Shown here piece by piece: positions 34,920 to 44,963 of a DNA stretch of 64,000 nucleotides. Source of the DNA: an uncultured Nitrososphaerales archaeon. GTDB taxonomy: Archaea > Thermoproteota > Nitrososphaeria > Nitrososphaerales > Nitrososphaeraceae. The notes beneath the pieces were generated by a model. It searched no databases. It was given only the letters and a program-made list of their open reading frames with translations, and was not told the DNA's origin. Within the stretch, counting starts at the first letter, position 1, and each line of letters begins with the position of its first letter. Made by a program: the position numbers and the translations under genes. Where the stretch lies: positions 1-64,000 of the forward strand of contig CAVQMO010000014.1 in the NCBI GenBank assembly GCA_963713605.1. The letters are read 5' to 3'.

Positions 34920-35354
34920 CTATTGTCTATCACTTCGAGTTAAAAAAAGTCTTTCTAAATCAGCTGAAAATGAGATATCAAATTTATTTAGAATATCAAT
35001 CCCCAACACACTGGGAACAGCTGGGCACAATCTACCATCAATAGTAAGATAGTTTGAGAGACTAAGGTCACCCGCAACTAGATTAAATATACCAGTATTT
35101 GTATAAAAAAATAAACTGCATTCTGGCAGGATGAACGTTCTAAAGCTGCCACCCATTGTGGTATACATTCTGTCTTCGCGTAGATTTGTCTGAAGTGTCG
35201 TATACGGTACTTCATTCCAACTAAGCAGTGTAGTTGGTGCACCGGTATCCACCAAAAAATTAATCTTAAAAACTAATTCTAGCTGTTTGGAAATTACAAA
35301 CGCAGGTACGTAGTATCTCTTGTCATTAAAGCCTTGAAAGCATTCAATATACAA
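34920..35354 (-). CDS. Retropepsin-like (clan AA) aspartyl protease
   Basis: FLVDTGA..T and VLGIDIL motifs. Confidence 0.88.
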   Translation of the reverse strand: MYIECFQGFNDKRYYVPAFVISKQLELVFKINFLVDTGAPTTLLSWNEVPYTTLQTNLREDRMYTTMGGSFRTFILPECSLFFYTNTGIFNLVAGDLSLSNYLTIDGRLCPAVPSVLGIDILNKFDISFSADLERLFLTRSDRQ

Positions 35355-35356
35355 GA

Positions 35357-35593
35357 CTATATTTCATTTCTTTTATCTCTTATAAATTCAACTACGACAT
35401 CCAAGCGGTCTATGTTATTTTGCTTTAATTCACGTTCAAATTCATTCATCTCTTTGTTATGTGTCACTATAGCACGGTTTTTTATTGCAACATATTCTAA
35501 ATAAAATTCTTTTATTAGTTCATTGTAATTTTTATGGAGCCATTTGCTATCGTCAATGAATTGCTTAAACCGTTCGTCTGTGACTATTGACAT
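35357..35593 (-). CDS. DUF5678-like small protein
   Basis: WLHKNYNELIKEF..EYVAIKNRAIV pattern; 2 nt upstream of the protease. Confidence 0.75.
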   Translation of the reverse strand: MSIVTDERFKQFIDDSKWLHKNYNELIKEFYLEYVAIKNRAIVTHNKEMNEFERELKQNNIDRLDVVVEFIRDKRNEI

Positions 35594-35660
35594 GTGATGT
35601 ATTACAAACGGAGAATATTTACATCTTTTTAATTTGAATTCTGATTAATCTTTGAAACGT

Positions 35661-35981
35661 TTAAAACTCAAATTCTTTTAATGACAAGTCTGAAATATTA
35701 AGATAAATTTGCTTCTCATCAAATCGATCTATCTTATTTTTCGGTATCAAATATTCATGCTCTTTCTTGTTCTCGCCGTCTATTACAACTAGATTGTCTT
35801 TGTATTCTGCGAATACTTTTCCAATTTCTTTGGTATGAATAGTGCTCTTCCCATCATTGCTGATGATCTTCTTGTTTATAATTACTGGAATTCGGTAAAG
35901 AGTATAATAATTCCATTCATATGGATTGTTGGTAATTCGCACGTCATTATTCTTGAAACCGATATTATCATCACTCATCAC
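35661..35981 (-). CDS. Hypothetical protein (PRC-barrel-like)
   Basis: IGKV...LVV.DG...HEYLIPK.KI..FD...YLNI. Confidence 0.6.
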   Translation of the reverse strand: MMSDDNIGFKNNDVRITNNPYEWNYYTLYRIPVIINKKIISNDGKSTIHTKEIGKVFAEYKDNLVVIDGENKKEHEYLIPKNKIDRFDEKQIYLNISDLSLKEFEF

Positions 35982-36481
35982 AGGTACTACTCAAAAAGTT
36001 ATTTAACTATTATGTAATGTATAAACTGATCAAAGTTTAGTTAGAAGATACTATATCATAATGATTCATGATTATTCTTAGGGAGAAATTGAACATGATA
36101 GCAATCACAAGCTTGCTGACGAAATCCCCCGTATATAATACAGGTGGAGGATGTCGATGATGATGAATCTTCGTCTAATGTGCTGGCAGTTAAAGGAGAT
36201 GAAGATTGTGCTGCAAGAATTGTGATCATAGTCGTAAAGAATGCAAATATTGAAAGTAAGAAGATCATCCCAGTCAACGAACTGACGTTAAGAACATAGT
36301 ATAAAGACGTGTCAGCTGGAATCATTATGGTGCAATCTTAAATAGATAGGCAGTAAAATTTGTAGTAAGGGTTGGCCGGTGAATCGTATACTCAGATACA
36401 CTAACCAATCCACGTAGTAAAAAACTTTACACTATCTCAATTTTTTAGCAGGTTTACGTATAACTACAATTGGCAAGTCAT

Positions 36482-36613
36482 GGAGTAATTAATTCTTTCT
36501 TACTCCTTATCGGCATTGAGGCACTGTTTAGTCTACAGACTAGACTAAATTATAGGTTAGGTAATAGTGTTGCCCGTCCTGCGTTAGCCTTACGTAGGAC
36601 AAGCCTAACCTAT
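36482..36613 (+). ncRNA. Candidate structured non-coding element (four helices)
   Basis: GGAGTAA/TTACTCC; TTTAGTCTA/TAGACTAAA; ATAGGTTAGG/CCTAACCTAT enclosing GTCCTGCGT/ACGTAGGAC (one G-U pair on + strand). Confidence 0.45.
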
Positions 36614-36661
36614 TTGTAAAGAATATTTTAATAATTGTAACGAACATTTTACTTCTGAAAG

Positions 36662-36976
36662 ATGAGATTCTTAATACGTGCAAAGATCCCTACAGAGGCA
36701 GGAAACAAAATGGTACAGGACCCAAACTTCTTGAGAAAACTTGAAGAATATATAAACAAAGTCAAGGCTGAAGCGACTTATTTCTTTGAAGCGGATGGCA
36801 ATAGGGTGGCTGCCTTTATTGTTGATATACAAAGTGCAGACCAGATACCAGTCATAGCTGAGCCGCTGTTTAGTGGAATGGATGCTCATGTAGAGTTTCA
36901 CCCGGTAATGAGCCTTGATGACCTAAAGAAAGGAATACCACAAGCCATAGTTGAAGCAAATTTCTACCGCTACTGA
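36662..36976 (+). CDS. Small ferredoxin-fold hypothetical protein (DUF3303/GYD-like)
   Basis: IPTEAGN...KAEATYFFEADGNR.AAFIVD...IPVIAEPLF...VEFHPVM..DDL; TATA-like box 36626-36634. Confidence 0.8.
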   Translation: MRFLIRAKIPTEAGNKMVQDPNFLRKLEEYINKVKAEATYFFEADGNRVAAFIVDIQSADQIPVIAEPLFSGMDAHVEFHPVMSLDDLKKGIPQAIVEANFYRY

Positions 36977-37208
36977 AACATAATCTTTCGTGAGACTGTA
37001 CTCAGATCCACGATCCTTGAACCTAAAACGACTCCTCCTATGTAGCCTATCAGTGCAACGAGAGCACCTAAGCCAAGTGGAACATTCCCAGTGCCTATTG
37101 CGAGCCCAAGCCTGGATTTAGTAACGTAATAGGTGGACAAGAACTTCCTGCTCATAATATAATTAATCAATCGGGGTGGGCCATATCTAGATTTATGATT
37201 TATGATAA

Positions 37209-38388
37209 TTATTTGGAGTAACGATGCAAGTCTTTGATGACTGGCCACTTTTCTTTGCGCAATGCGCCCATCGCGATCTTGTTTAGATTCAAATGTGCCT
37301 GTACCAACTCTGGAGGAGTCAAAGCCATCCATTGATTGAGCGAGAGATCTTCGAAATGTGGGCTCCTGAACATCTCTAGAAAACGGAGAGGCGTGTTACC
37401 GATGTTCTCAATATAATGTCCAAAAGCAAATGGGACTGTGCCGACATCGCCCGCTCGAAAGTTGAAAGTTCGAGCATTCCCTTCAGACGCAAATACGCCC
37501 ATTCGAGCACTTCCCTCTATGTAATATTGCCACTCTTCTGAATTAGGATGCCAATGCATCTCTCGCATACCTCCTGGTTCGACCTCCACAAGCCCAGCTG
37601 CAATAGTCGAAGCAGCCGGAAAGGTAGTTGAATCAATGATTCGTACACTGCCTCCACTTGTCTTCACCGATGGCTCGCGTCGAGAAATGATAGCTGAAAG
37701 ATCGCTGGCCCGAGGGATTCCTTACCTTGTCAGATGAGAGAGGCGGCGGAACCTCGCCCTGAAAGATATACCGTGTACGATCTACGTCCGTAGGAAGATG
37801 GGCGAAATCGCATTCCGACAGGCCGAAATTCTTTGCAAGCACCTCTTTTGGCGTATGAGCGAACCAATCTGTAATCAGAAATGTTGCATCTTCCGAAAAG
37901 GCACCATCATCGAATACGAGAAGGAATTCACAACCTTCCTCCAATCCCTGAATCGAATGGGGTATACCAGCAGGAAAATTCCATATATCTTCTGCTCCAA
38001 CGTCATCAACAAAGTTCTTACCTTCCTGGTCAACTGCAGTGATACGGGCCCTGCCGTACAGCATATATGCCCATTCCGCTTGTTTATGCCAGTGCAATTC
38101 TCGAATCCCTCCCGGATTAAGGCGCATATTCACCCCTGCCAATGTAGTGGCAGCCGGTAACTCACGTATTGTCACTTGGCGTGCCCATCCTGCTCCCTGA
38201 AGTCGATTGTGTGCCAAACTAAAGGAAAATTTCAAGTTCGGGAGGGTGCCATGATCGGTCCTCGGTGGAGTGAAAATATCTGGGTTCTGTCGATCTAATT
38301 CTACGTTACGCGGGCCAGGATCAGTACCACCTACGTTACCTTGAATGGGTTCAGGCGGAGCTTCTGCCTTCATCTTAAAACATAGCAC
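37209..38388 (-). pseudogene. oxdC: Oxalate decarboxylase (bicupin), frameshift near 37670
   Basis: [44 protein letters not shown] lid, second cupin [12 protein letters not shown]...GHYIEN. Confidence 0.9.
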
Positions 38389-38921
38389 CTAATATCAGAA
38401 TGCCCGAATTGCGTATGAGGTAAGAATTTTACTGCGTCTTCTATCATCCTTTAGTGCTACTCTACTGTATGCTTCATGGCATAATTTATTAGATAGACTA
38501 GTTGTTGCTTCTGCTACCAATCTAGATAAGGTTAAACAACATCCGAGTAACTTAAAAAACTTATTATTTGAAAAAAGTAGGCTCTAAATCTTCTGTTATG
38601 ATGGAAGATTCTGAATTAATTTATGGCTACTCTATTTCACACCATAATTAAGATGACTAATTTGACTAGGTATTATGATTGATACCGCAGGAAGCGATAT
38701 AGTTGCCCTAATTAATGTATATTTAATTTGGACCTCATATAAAGTCTTAGTAGAAATGATTGATTATTTTATACACTTGAACCTTTATCTGAGCTTTGAA
38801 GAATTAACACTACACTTTCGGCTGAATGACCATGTCATAAGATGTTGGATATTTTAGCCGTTCTCTATTTGTAGAGCTACTTTTAAATTAAACTCTTATT
38901 GTACTTTTCTGGAAGATATTA

Positions 38922-39639
38922 TTGTATGGTAGCATTTCGGTATTTGTAGCTAAAAAGGTAATAACAATGGATCCTGGATGGCCTAGTGCTACAGCAATAG
39001 CAGTGAGGGATGGCAAGATCCTATCTGTAGGATCTATGGAAGATCTAAGTCCATGGCTCAAGAACTCTCCATACGAAATTATCGATACCTTCAATGATAA
39101 GATTATCCTGCCTGGCTTTATTGAACCACATTCACATCCTATCATGGGAGGATTGATGCTCTCTCTACCACTTCTTAGTTACTTTGACCAGCCAAATCCG
39201 TACGGCTCTTCATTTAAAGGGCTCAAATCTAAGGCGCAAGTACTTACGAAACTTATAGAATATAACAACAATATAGCAGATCCAAACCAATCATGGTCTT
39301 TGGAATAATTTACCAGGTCAAAACATCTTTAATCTAGTACTCCCATGGTGGTCAGCAGGGTTCCATATTCATGTTCATACAAATGGAAATGAGTCACAAA
39401 ATGTCATTATAGACATGTTGTCTTCATTACAAGATATTAAACCTAGATTTAACCATCGTTTCACCTTCGAACATTTCGGTATAGCTACTCAAGACCAGAT
39501 CAAAAAATTAAAGGAACTTGGAGGAGTAGTTGGTGTCAATCCGTACTATATTTATCACCGTGGCGAGATTAATGCTGGTCATATTGGTACAGATCTCGCA
39601 TACAAGGCATTACCGAATGGACCGCTACAGAAGCAGTAA
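38922..39639 (+). pseudogene. Amidohydrolase_3 (YtcJ-like) fragments with large internal deletion
   Basis: ATAIAVRDGKILSVG, ILPGFIEPHSHP; later HVHTNG and RFTFEH fragments. Confidence 0.75.
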
Positions 39640-39676
39640 TGAATCCAGCTTCACCACGTTTTGTGAGGGGTTCAGT

Positions 39677-40191
39677 TGTCCCTAGATGGCTCCTTTGAAG
39701 GACCAAATAAAGAGTTGGACTGGCATGTATGGGATGATGAAATGGAAAAGTAAATGAACGATTTTCTGAATACTGTGGATGCAATTTTATTGGGACGTGG
39801 TGCCAATCAACTTTTGGCAGCTTACTGGCCATCCTTAACTGAGAACTAGCTCCCAAGTTGAATAACTTACCCAAAATAGTTTTTTCAAAGACATTGGAAA
39901 AGGTTGAATGGAAAAACTCAGGACTGATCAAAGAAAATATCAGGGAAGAGATCTTGAAAATTAAACAACAGCCTGGCAAAGATCTGGTTCTATTTGGTGG
40001 TGCCAATATTGCATCTACACTCCTGCAACTCGGTTTAATTGATGATTATAGAATCATAGTCAATCCTGTCGTCTTGAGTAATGGCAAACCATTTTTAAGA
40101 CATGAAAGATAGACTTAGCCTGAAACTTCTCAATACAAAGACGTTTAATTGCGGAAATGCTATTCTTTACTATGAACCACTCAAGAGATAG
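39677..40191 (+). pseudogene. Dihydrofolate reductase/RibD C-terminal family protein, disrupted
   Basis: SLDG.FEGP..ELDW, DAILLGR, AYWP, PKIVFSKTL..VEW, GKDLVLFGGA, GLIDDYRIIVNPVVL..GKP. Confidence 0.8.
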
Positions 40192-40580
40192 CAATTCGAT
40201 GCTTTCAGGAAGTCTCTACAGTTCTGGTATTAATTCGTCTGTCTTATCAATGATTCAAATTTAGAAGATAGTCGTAAATAAAGGTACAAACAGACAATAT
40301 CGAAATAGAGTGCGATGGTAACGCATTTTCTTCCCATCGCTCTTCATGACGCAGAACTTCGTCCTCTAACCATTTCAACTCCTGCAGCGCATTCTTCTTC
40401 CTTCCTGGCCATAGAGACAATCGGCCAAGTCAGTATACCTATCATTAAAAAAGAAATAAAGAGGTTAGAGAATGTTGAACATCTATTATGAGACCTACTT
40501 CTGACTATTTCCAAGTGCGATCATGCCATCATTGGTCCAATATCTCTCATCATCATCAATCCGCTGCCACAAGTTTTGTT

Positions 40581-41519
40581 TTATCTCGATCTATGCAAAA
40601 CCGGGCGCAGTAATAATCTGTTATTAATTTCCTTCATTATCCAATCGTCGTAATATTGCAATTTGGTAAGTATGTAGGCATCTGCACTTTTAACACCTGC
40701 AAAAGAGTTCACCCTGGCCAGAACATAATCAACCACAAACACATTTTCGCCAAAGAGAATGAAAGTCAACTGATCCTCAGGTTGGATTACACTAGGACTG
40801 TACAAGATATTTGCTTGAAATTCTGAGTACATGCGTTCAAGTATATTGTGATATTGGGATTTGGCAACTGTTATTGGAATAACAAATTGAATATATCCTA
40901 TCATAGCAGCTGGACTGCATTGAAGAGAGAAATCTAATAAACGCATCTCCTTCATCTTATTGAGGCGTCTTGTTGTGGTTTTTTCAGAGATGCCAACTTC
41001 TTTGGCAATATCAGATATCTCTATTCTAGCACCTGATAGCAGCAGACATTTTATTATTCTCAAATCTGTTTCGCTTAGGTCAGTAGATGCAACAGATAGT
41101 TCAGTAACAGAAATGCTTACAACGGTAGCAGGTTTTAGGCGATCATTTAATGACTGGATAATCTTCTCATCTAATGGTTTTTTGATGATTAGGGCAGCCA
41201 CAGAAGTTCTTCCCACATGATGCACATGATATGCAAGATCTCCAAATTCCTTGACACGTTGGATGATATCATCCTTAGTTATTCCATTACTAGTCCTGAT
41301 TAGCACAATAGCTGTTCTATAACCAAAAGCTGCAGGATTAACTCTAACTACAAACCTTTCTATGACTCCACTGCGTACCATCTTTTTCACTCTCGCCTTT
41401 ACACTCTTTGATGTTAAGCCAATCTGTGAGCCTATACTGCTATAAGAAGTTCTACAGTCCCTAGCTAAAGTGGGGAGAATAGTAAGATCATTTTTATCGA
41501 GTATCATTCTGTTCTCCAT
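40581..41519 (-). CDS. Lrp/AsnC-family regulator with two HTH modules
   Basis: LDKNDL.IL..LARDCRTSYSSIG..IGLT.KSVKARV and LSETDLRII...ARIEISDIAKEVGISEKTTTRRL. Confidence 0.88.
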   Translation of the reverse strand: MENRMILDKNDLTILPTLARDCRTSYSSIGSQIGLTSKSVKARVKKMVRSGVIERFVVRVNPAAFGYRTAIVLIRTSNGITKDDIIQRVKEFGDLAYHVHHVGRTSVAALIIKKPLDEKIIQSLNDRLKPATVVSISVTELSVASTDLSETDLRIIKCLLLSGARIEISDIAKEVGISEKTTTRRLNKMKEMRLLDFSLQCSPAAMIGYIQFVIPITVAKSQYHNILERMYSEFQANILYSPSVIQPEDQLTFILFGENVFVVDYVLARVNSFAGVKSADAYILTKLQYYDDWIMKEINNRLLLRPVLHRSR

Positions 41520-41623
41520 CTAGAGTCATACTTTTATTATTACATCTATGTGTAATAAAGTTGTCCGATATCGGAAGTTTCGCTTCCCCTAAGGATAAGT
41601 ATCCGCAACTGTACTATTCCAGT

Positions 41624-42209
41624 ATGAAAAGTATTGAAATAGATGAAAAAGTTGAACGGCACTTATATACTAATGAGAAACGGAACGAAAAAATACTGAA
41701 TACTGAATCTAAAGGAACAATAACCATTGAAGAGGAGTACGGAACACTAAAGTATGAACGACGACTTTCTCATCCAAGAGAGATAGTATGGAAGGCGATT
41801 ACAGATCCAAAAGAGATATTCAGATGGTTGCCCGATTACAGAGGAACCTTCGACGGGTACAATGGTGGTGCAATTGATCTTGTCAATACTGTATCAGGAT
41901 CCCACGTAACTGGAAATATTCTAGTCTGGGATCTTTACCGCGTTTTTGAGTATGAGTGGCATATCTCTCCTATTTCAATGTTCCCTCATGGAGAACCTGA
42001 ATCTGTTATCCGGTGGGAGCTCAAGCAGGACGGCGATTCAGATACACTCCTTATTGTGACTCACAGCCGCCTCACCAAATCGACAGCTTTACGTTTAGCC
42101 CCTGGTTGGCATGCGTACCTCAGATCGGCTTGAAGGCATTCTAAATAATCAAGTACCACCAGATTGGGCGCGTCGGTTCGCAGAGGTCAAAGAATTATAT
42201 CCATCATAA
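41624..42209 (+). pseudogene. SRPBCC/AHSA1 domain protein, frameshift near 42120
   Basis: ERRLSHPREIVWKAITDP, IRWEL, T.LIVTH, PGWHAYL, then DRLEGIL...RFAEVKELYPS* in another frame. Confidence 0.8.
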
Positions 42210-42318
42210 CCTATTCAGCACCAACTACTAATGAGCTTGAAGATAACAATTAAGAGAATTAGTACCTGCGATGACCAGTGGAGAAGTATACGCCAATTAA
42301 GGTATCGAGAATGGGTAA

Positions 42319-42591
42319 TTGTGCAGGTTTGACGTTGATTTGTCCAGTTCCTCATTTGGTTCTATTCGGTCAGTGCCAGTATTGAAGGTTATTATGGTTT
42401 TGGGCCCGTGCAAAAGTGTACATGTCCAGGCCCCCAACGTAGATGTATCATTTAGTGTACCTGACGATGAAACCAATTACGAGGTTTGTACCTGGGGCGG
42501 GCTAGCGTCAGCTATATTTTCAAACTGCCATAGGTATGATAACCCAGATTCGAGTGACCAGAGGGTTACTGGACAATCTGTAGGTAGCTAA
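42319..42591 (+). CDS. Hypothetical Cys-containing protein or fragment
   Basis: ORF only. Confidence 0.35.
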   Translation: MCRFDVDLSSSSFGSIRSVPVLKVIMVLGPCKSVHVQAPNVDVSFSVPDDETNYEVCTWGGLASAIFSNCHRYDNPDSSDQRVTGQSVGS

Positions 42592-42609
42592 ATCGGAGGC
42601 TACCTTTAC

Positions 42610-42669
42610 GTTACTAGTTGGAGAGCAACAAAGTCCTACGCTTGAAAGTGTTTAACATATCACTAGTGA
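42610..42669 (+). repeat. ACTAGT-bounded element, copy C
   Basis: GTTACTAGTTGGAGAGCAACAAAGTCCTACGCTTGAAAGTGTTTAACATATCACTAGTGA. Confidence 0.8.
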
Positions 42670-42872
42670 CTATCGACGGACAAATATTTGTCCGTCAGTG
42701 AATTTGTTATCATACCTTTTAACAGTATACTAACTGTTCTTAAACACAGTACAAACCAAAATCGAGCACCTTCTAGATTCGGTGCTGTATTTATTTCTTT
42801 TGCAGTTGTTTCCTTATTTCTTGTTCCTTTTACAACTGTCATACATCGTAATTAACTTAAACTCTTAATTTA

Positions 42873-43493
42873 TCACACCATCGTTCGAAAGGTCAGGTTT
42901 ATTCTTGCTTGAGTGATTTTATTAGACTTAGGTAAGCTGTGCAACCAATTCATTTGTGTAGCATCTTTCATAACAAGCAAACTGCCGTGTTCAAGGACAA
43001 GCGATACCGTTTGTTTAGTTTGTTTGTGCTTGAATGAAAACTTTCGTTCTGCTCCAAAGCTTAATGATGCAATAGGAGTATTCTTTCCCACTGATCTTTC
43101 ATCATCGCTATGCCATCCCAAGCCTTCATTCCCGTTATGATATAAGTTTAGCAAACAAGAATTGAATCTTGCTCCTGTAATTTGTTCTACTAATCGCTTA
43201 AGCTCTAAAAGTTCTTTAGTCCATGTTAATGCCTGCTTTGTCGCATTTGAATAAGTATACAAGTAATCAGAGTCACCATACCATGCTACTTTTCTTTTCG
43301 TAGTGATATGTTTACCGAGAATGATGGCTTCATCATTTTTCCACAGAATATTTTTCAATAATAAATCAAAATATCTATTTGCTTCTTTGCATGGCATGAT
43401 TATCCCATAATTGTGTGCTGTTCCGTCCTTGAGCAGAAGATTAGCTGTCTCGTCCACATCAAACATATCTAATTTTCCATTCATTACAATCAT
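42873..43493 (-). CDS. alkB: AlkB-family (ALKBH2/3-like) 2OG-Fe(II) DNA demethylase
   Basis: RKVAWYGD, FNSCLLNLY, GWHSDDE (HxD), IASLSFGAER, WLHSLPK, RINLTFR. Confidence 0.95.
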   Translation of the reverse strand: MIVMNGKLDMFDVDETANLLLKDGTAHNYGIIMPCKEANRYFDLLLKNILWKNDEAIILGKHITTKRKVAWYGDSDYLYTYSNATKQALTWTKELLELKRLVEQITGARFNSCLLNLYHNGNEGLGWHSDDERSVGKNTPIASLSFGAERKFSFKHKQTKQTVSLVLEHGSLLVMKDATQMNWLHSLPKSNKITQARINLTFRTMV

Positions 43494-43495
43494 TA

Positions 43496-43729
43496 CTAAG
43501 AGGTCAATCTATCTAGGTAATATCCCTGAAATATTGCTTCCTTTTCCGAAAAATTGTACACATTATCTTTTTTCATTTCATTTCTTCTTGTTTGATTAGC
43601 AGATCTGCATTCGGTTTCGAATGATTCAAAGAATGCTCTTTCGTTAAAGCAAAATCTCATTTTCCTTACTTCATCTCTTTTGATTATAGTACTTCTAATC
43701 TCATCTTGTTGTAGTATAGATGTATACAA
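43496..43729 (-). CDS. Small ORF resembling a degenerate Ada metal-binding-domain protein
   Basis: MKKDNVYNFSEKEAIFQGY resembles the Ada-Zn ...EN.VFF.S..EA...G(F/Y)RPC segment but lacks the C-terminal CxxC; abuts both neighbours. Confidence 0.45.
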   Translation of the reverse strand: MYTSILQQDEIRSTIIKRDEVRKMRFCFNERAFFESFETECRSANQTRRNEMKKDNVYNFSEKEAIFQGYYLDRLTS

Positions 43730-44452
43730 TTAATTTAAAGCATCATGGAAAATAATTCCAAGAACGTGTCTCTCTCCATCATGCACTTCGCTTACACCAT
43801 GTCTCATTTGTGCTCGATAATAGCCCTTGCTCCCTTTCACGGGCCTAAAATTCGTAGAAATTATCAGCATACCACCTTTACGTGGTCTCAATACAATGAC
43901 TTTTGACTGTAACCTTGGAATTTGCTGGGTTAAAACAAATTCTCCACCTGTATAATCATCATCAACCTCATTTAGAAAGAAAACTAATTGGAAAGGAAAG
44001 AAAAAGTCTCCGTATAGATCCTGGTGCAGTGTATTATGACCTCCCTTGCCATATTTTAGAATGAGAACGGTAGGTTTTATTTGATTATTCTGATGGCATA
44101 ACTCTTGAAGCTCATCAAACTTGTCCGGATAATTTCTTTCTATGTTTAACCTCTTCATCCACATATTCGCGATTGGTGCAAGTTTTGGATAAATCGCTTC
44201 CCTGATGGTTTGGATAAGATCCGGTAATGGATATTTGAAATATTTGTATTGACCTAATCCAAAACTATGCCTCTCCATTGTAATAGTCTTGCGATATAGA
44301 TCTGCGTTATCATATTCATCAATAAGTTCTTTGCAATATTGATCATGAAGAAATTGCGGCACCAAATTGTACCCTCTTGCATTCATTTCATCGGATACAG
44401 ACTGCCAGTCAATCTCTGAAATCTTTTCCTTTAAAACACTGGTGGTATTCAA
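43730..44452 (-). CDS. 2OG-Fe(II) oxygenase, DUF2086 / Oxygenase-NA family
   Basis: MERHSFGLGQYKYF.YPLP, PTVLILKY, NTLHQDLYG, YTGGEFVLTQQ.PR.QS, RHGVSEV, GIIFHDA. Confidence 0.92.
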   Translation of the reverse strand: MNTTSVLKEKISEIDWQSVSDEMNARGYNLVPQFLHDQYCKELIDEYDNADLYRKTITMERHSFGLGQYKYFKYPLPDLIQTIREAIYPKLAPIANMWMKRLNIERNYPDKFDELQELCHQNNQIKPTVLILKYGKGGHNTLHQDLYGDFFFPFQLVFFLNEVDDDYTGGEFVLTQQIPRLQSKVIVLRPRKGGMLIISTNFRPVKGSKGYYRAQMRHGVSEVHDGERHVLGIIFHDALN

Positions 44453-44458
44453 CAGTTT

Positions 44459-44908
44459 CTAATCTCTGTCTTTGTTGCCATGCGGGTAAACTCTGACATT
44501 CTTAAAATTCCGAACGATTCCATTGGTAAATGATACGCCCTCATTTTCAAGTAGTTGTCTTTTCTTAGCAGTTCCATAGGCGTAACCTCCTACTCGGCCG
44601 TTAGACATAACTACTCTGTGGCACGGCACTTTAATGGGGTTTGGATTTTCGCCAAGTATTCTACCTATTGCCCTTGAAGCTGATGGACTTCCCAGGGCTC
44701 TTGCTAGATCCCCATAAGTTGAAACCTTTCCTTCAGGTATTTTTAGAAGCAGGTCATATACATCGCTATTTCTTATCGGCTTATTAGTGGTGATCCTGGT
44801 CGCTTTGATTGAAGAAGGTTTTTTCACATCATGATTCAAGTACTTTACATCATCATCTTTATACATATGATGTGATACCATGATAGCGTTATATAAGTGT
44901 ATATTCAT
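44459..44908 (-). CDS. ogt: O6-methylguanine-DNA methyltransferase (C-terminal domain only); probable start 44866
   Basis: IPEGKVSTYGDLA, SRAIG, NP.PI.VPCHRVV with active-site Cys, K..LL..EG. Confidence 0.9.
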   Translation of the reverse strand: MNIHLYNAIMVSHHMYKDDDVKYLNHDVKKPSSIKATRITTNKPIRNSDVYDLLLKIPEGKVSTYGDLARALGSPSASRAIGRILGENPNPIKVPCHRVVMSNGRVGGYAYGTAKKRQLLENEGVSFTNGIVRNFKNVRVYPHGNKDRD

Positions 44909-44939
44909 ATTGCTATCTTGATAGCAGTATCTATATATA
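44873..44939. promoter_or_regulatory. Divergent promoter with palindromic operator
   Basis: TTATATAA 44889-44896 and TATATATA 44932-44939 flank TGCTATC-TT-GATAGCA (44911-44926); half-sites TGATACCA/TGATAGCG at 44873-44888. Confidence 0.65.
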
Positions 44940-44963
44940 CTTCTTAGGAAGATAGTTTATACA

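Noticed and set aside
36512..36613. HDV-like or hammerhead ribozyme
   Set aside because: No room for P3/L3 of the HDV fold and no CUGAnGA/GAAA hammerhead core
11088..42669. Integron attC array interpretation of the ACTAGT element
   Set aside because: No RYYYAAC/GTTRRRY core, mixed orientation, kilobases apart and no intact IntI; kept only as an unassigned repeat
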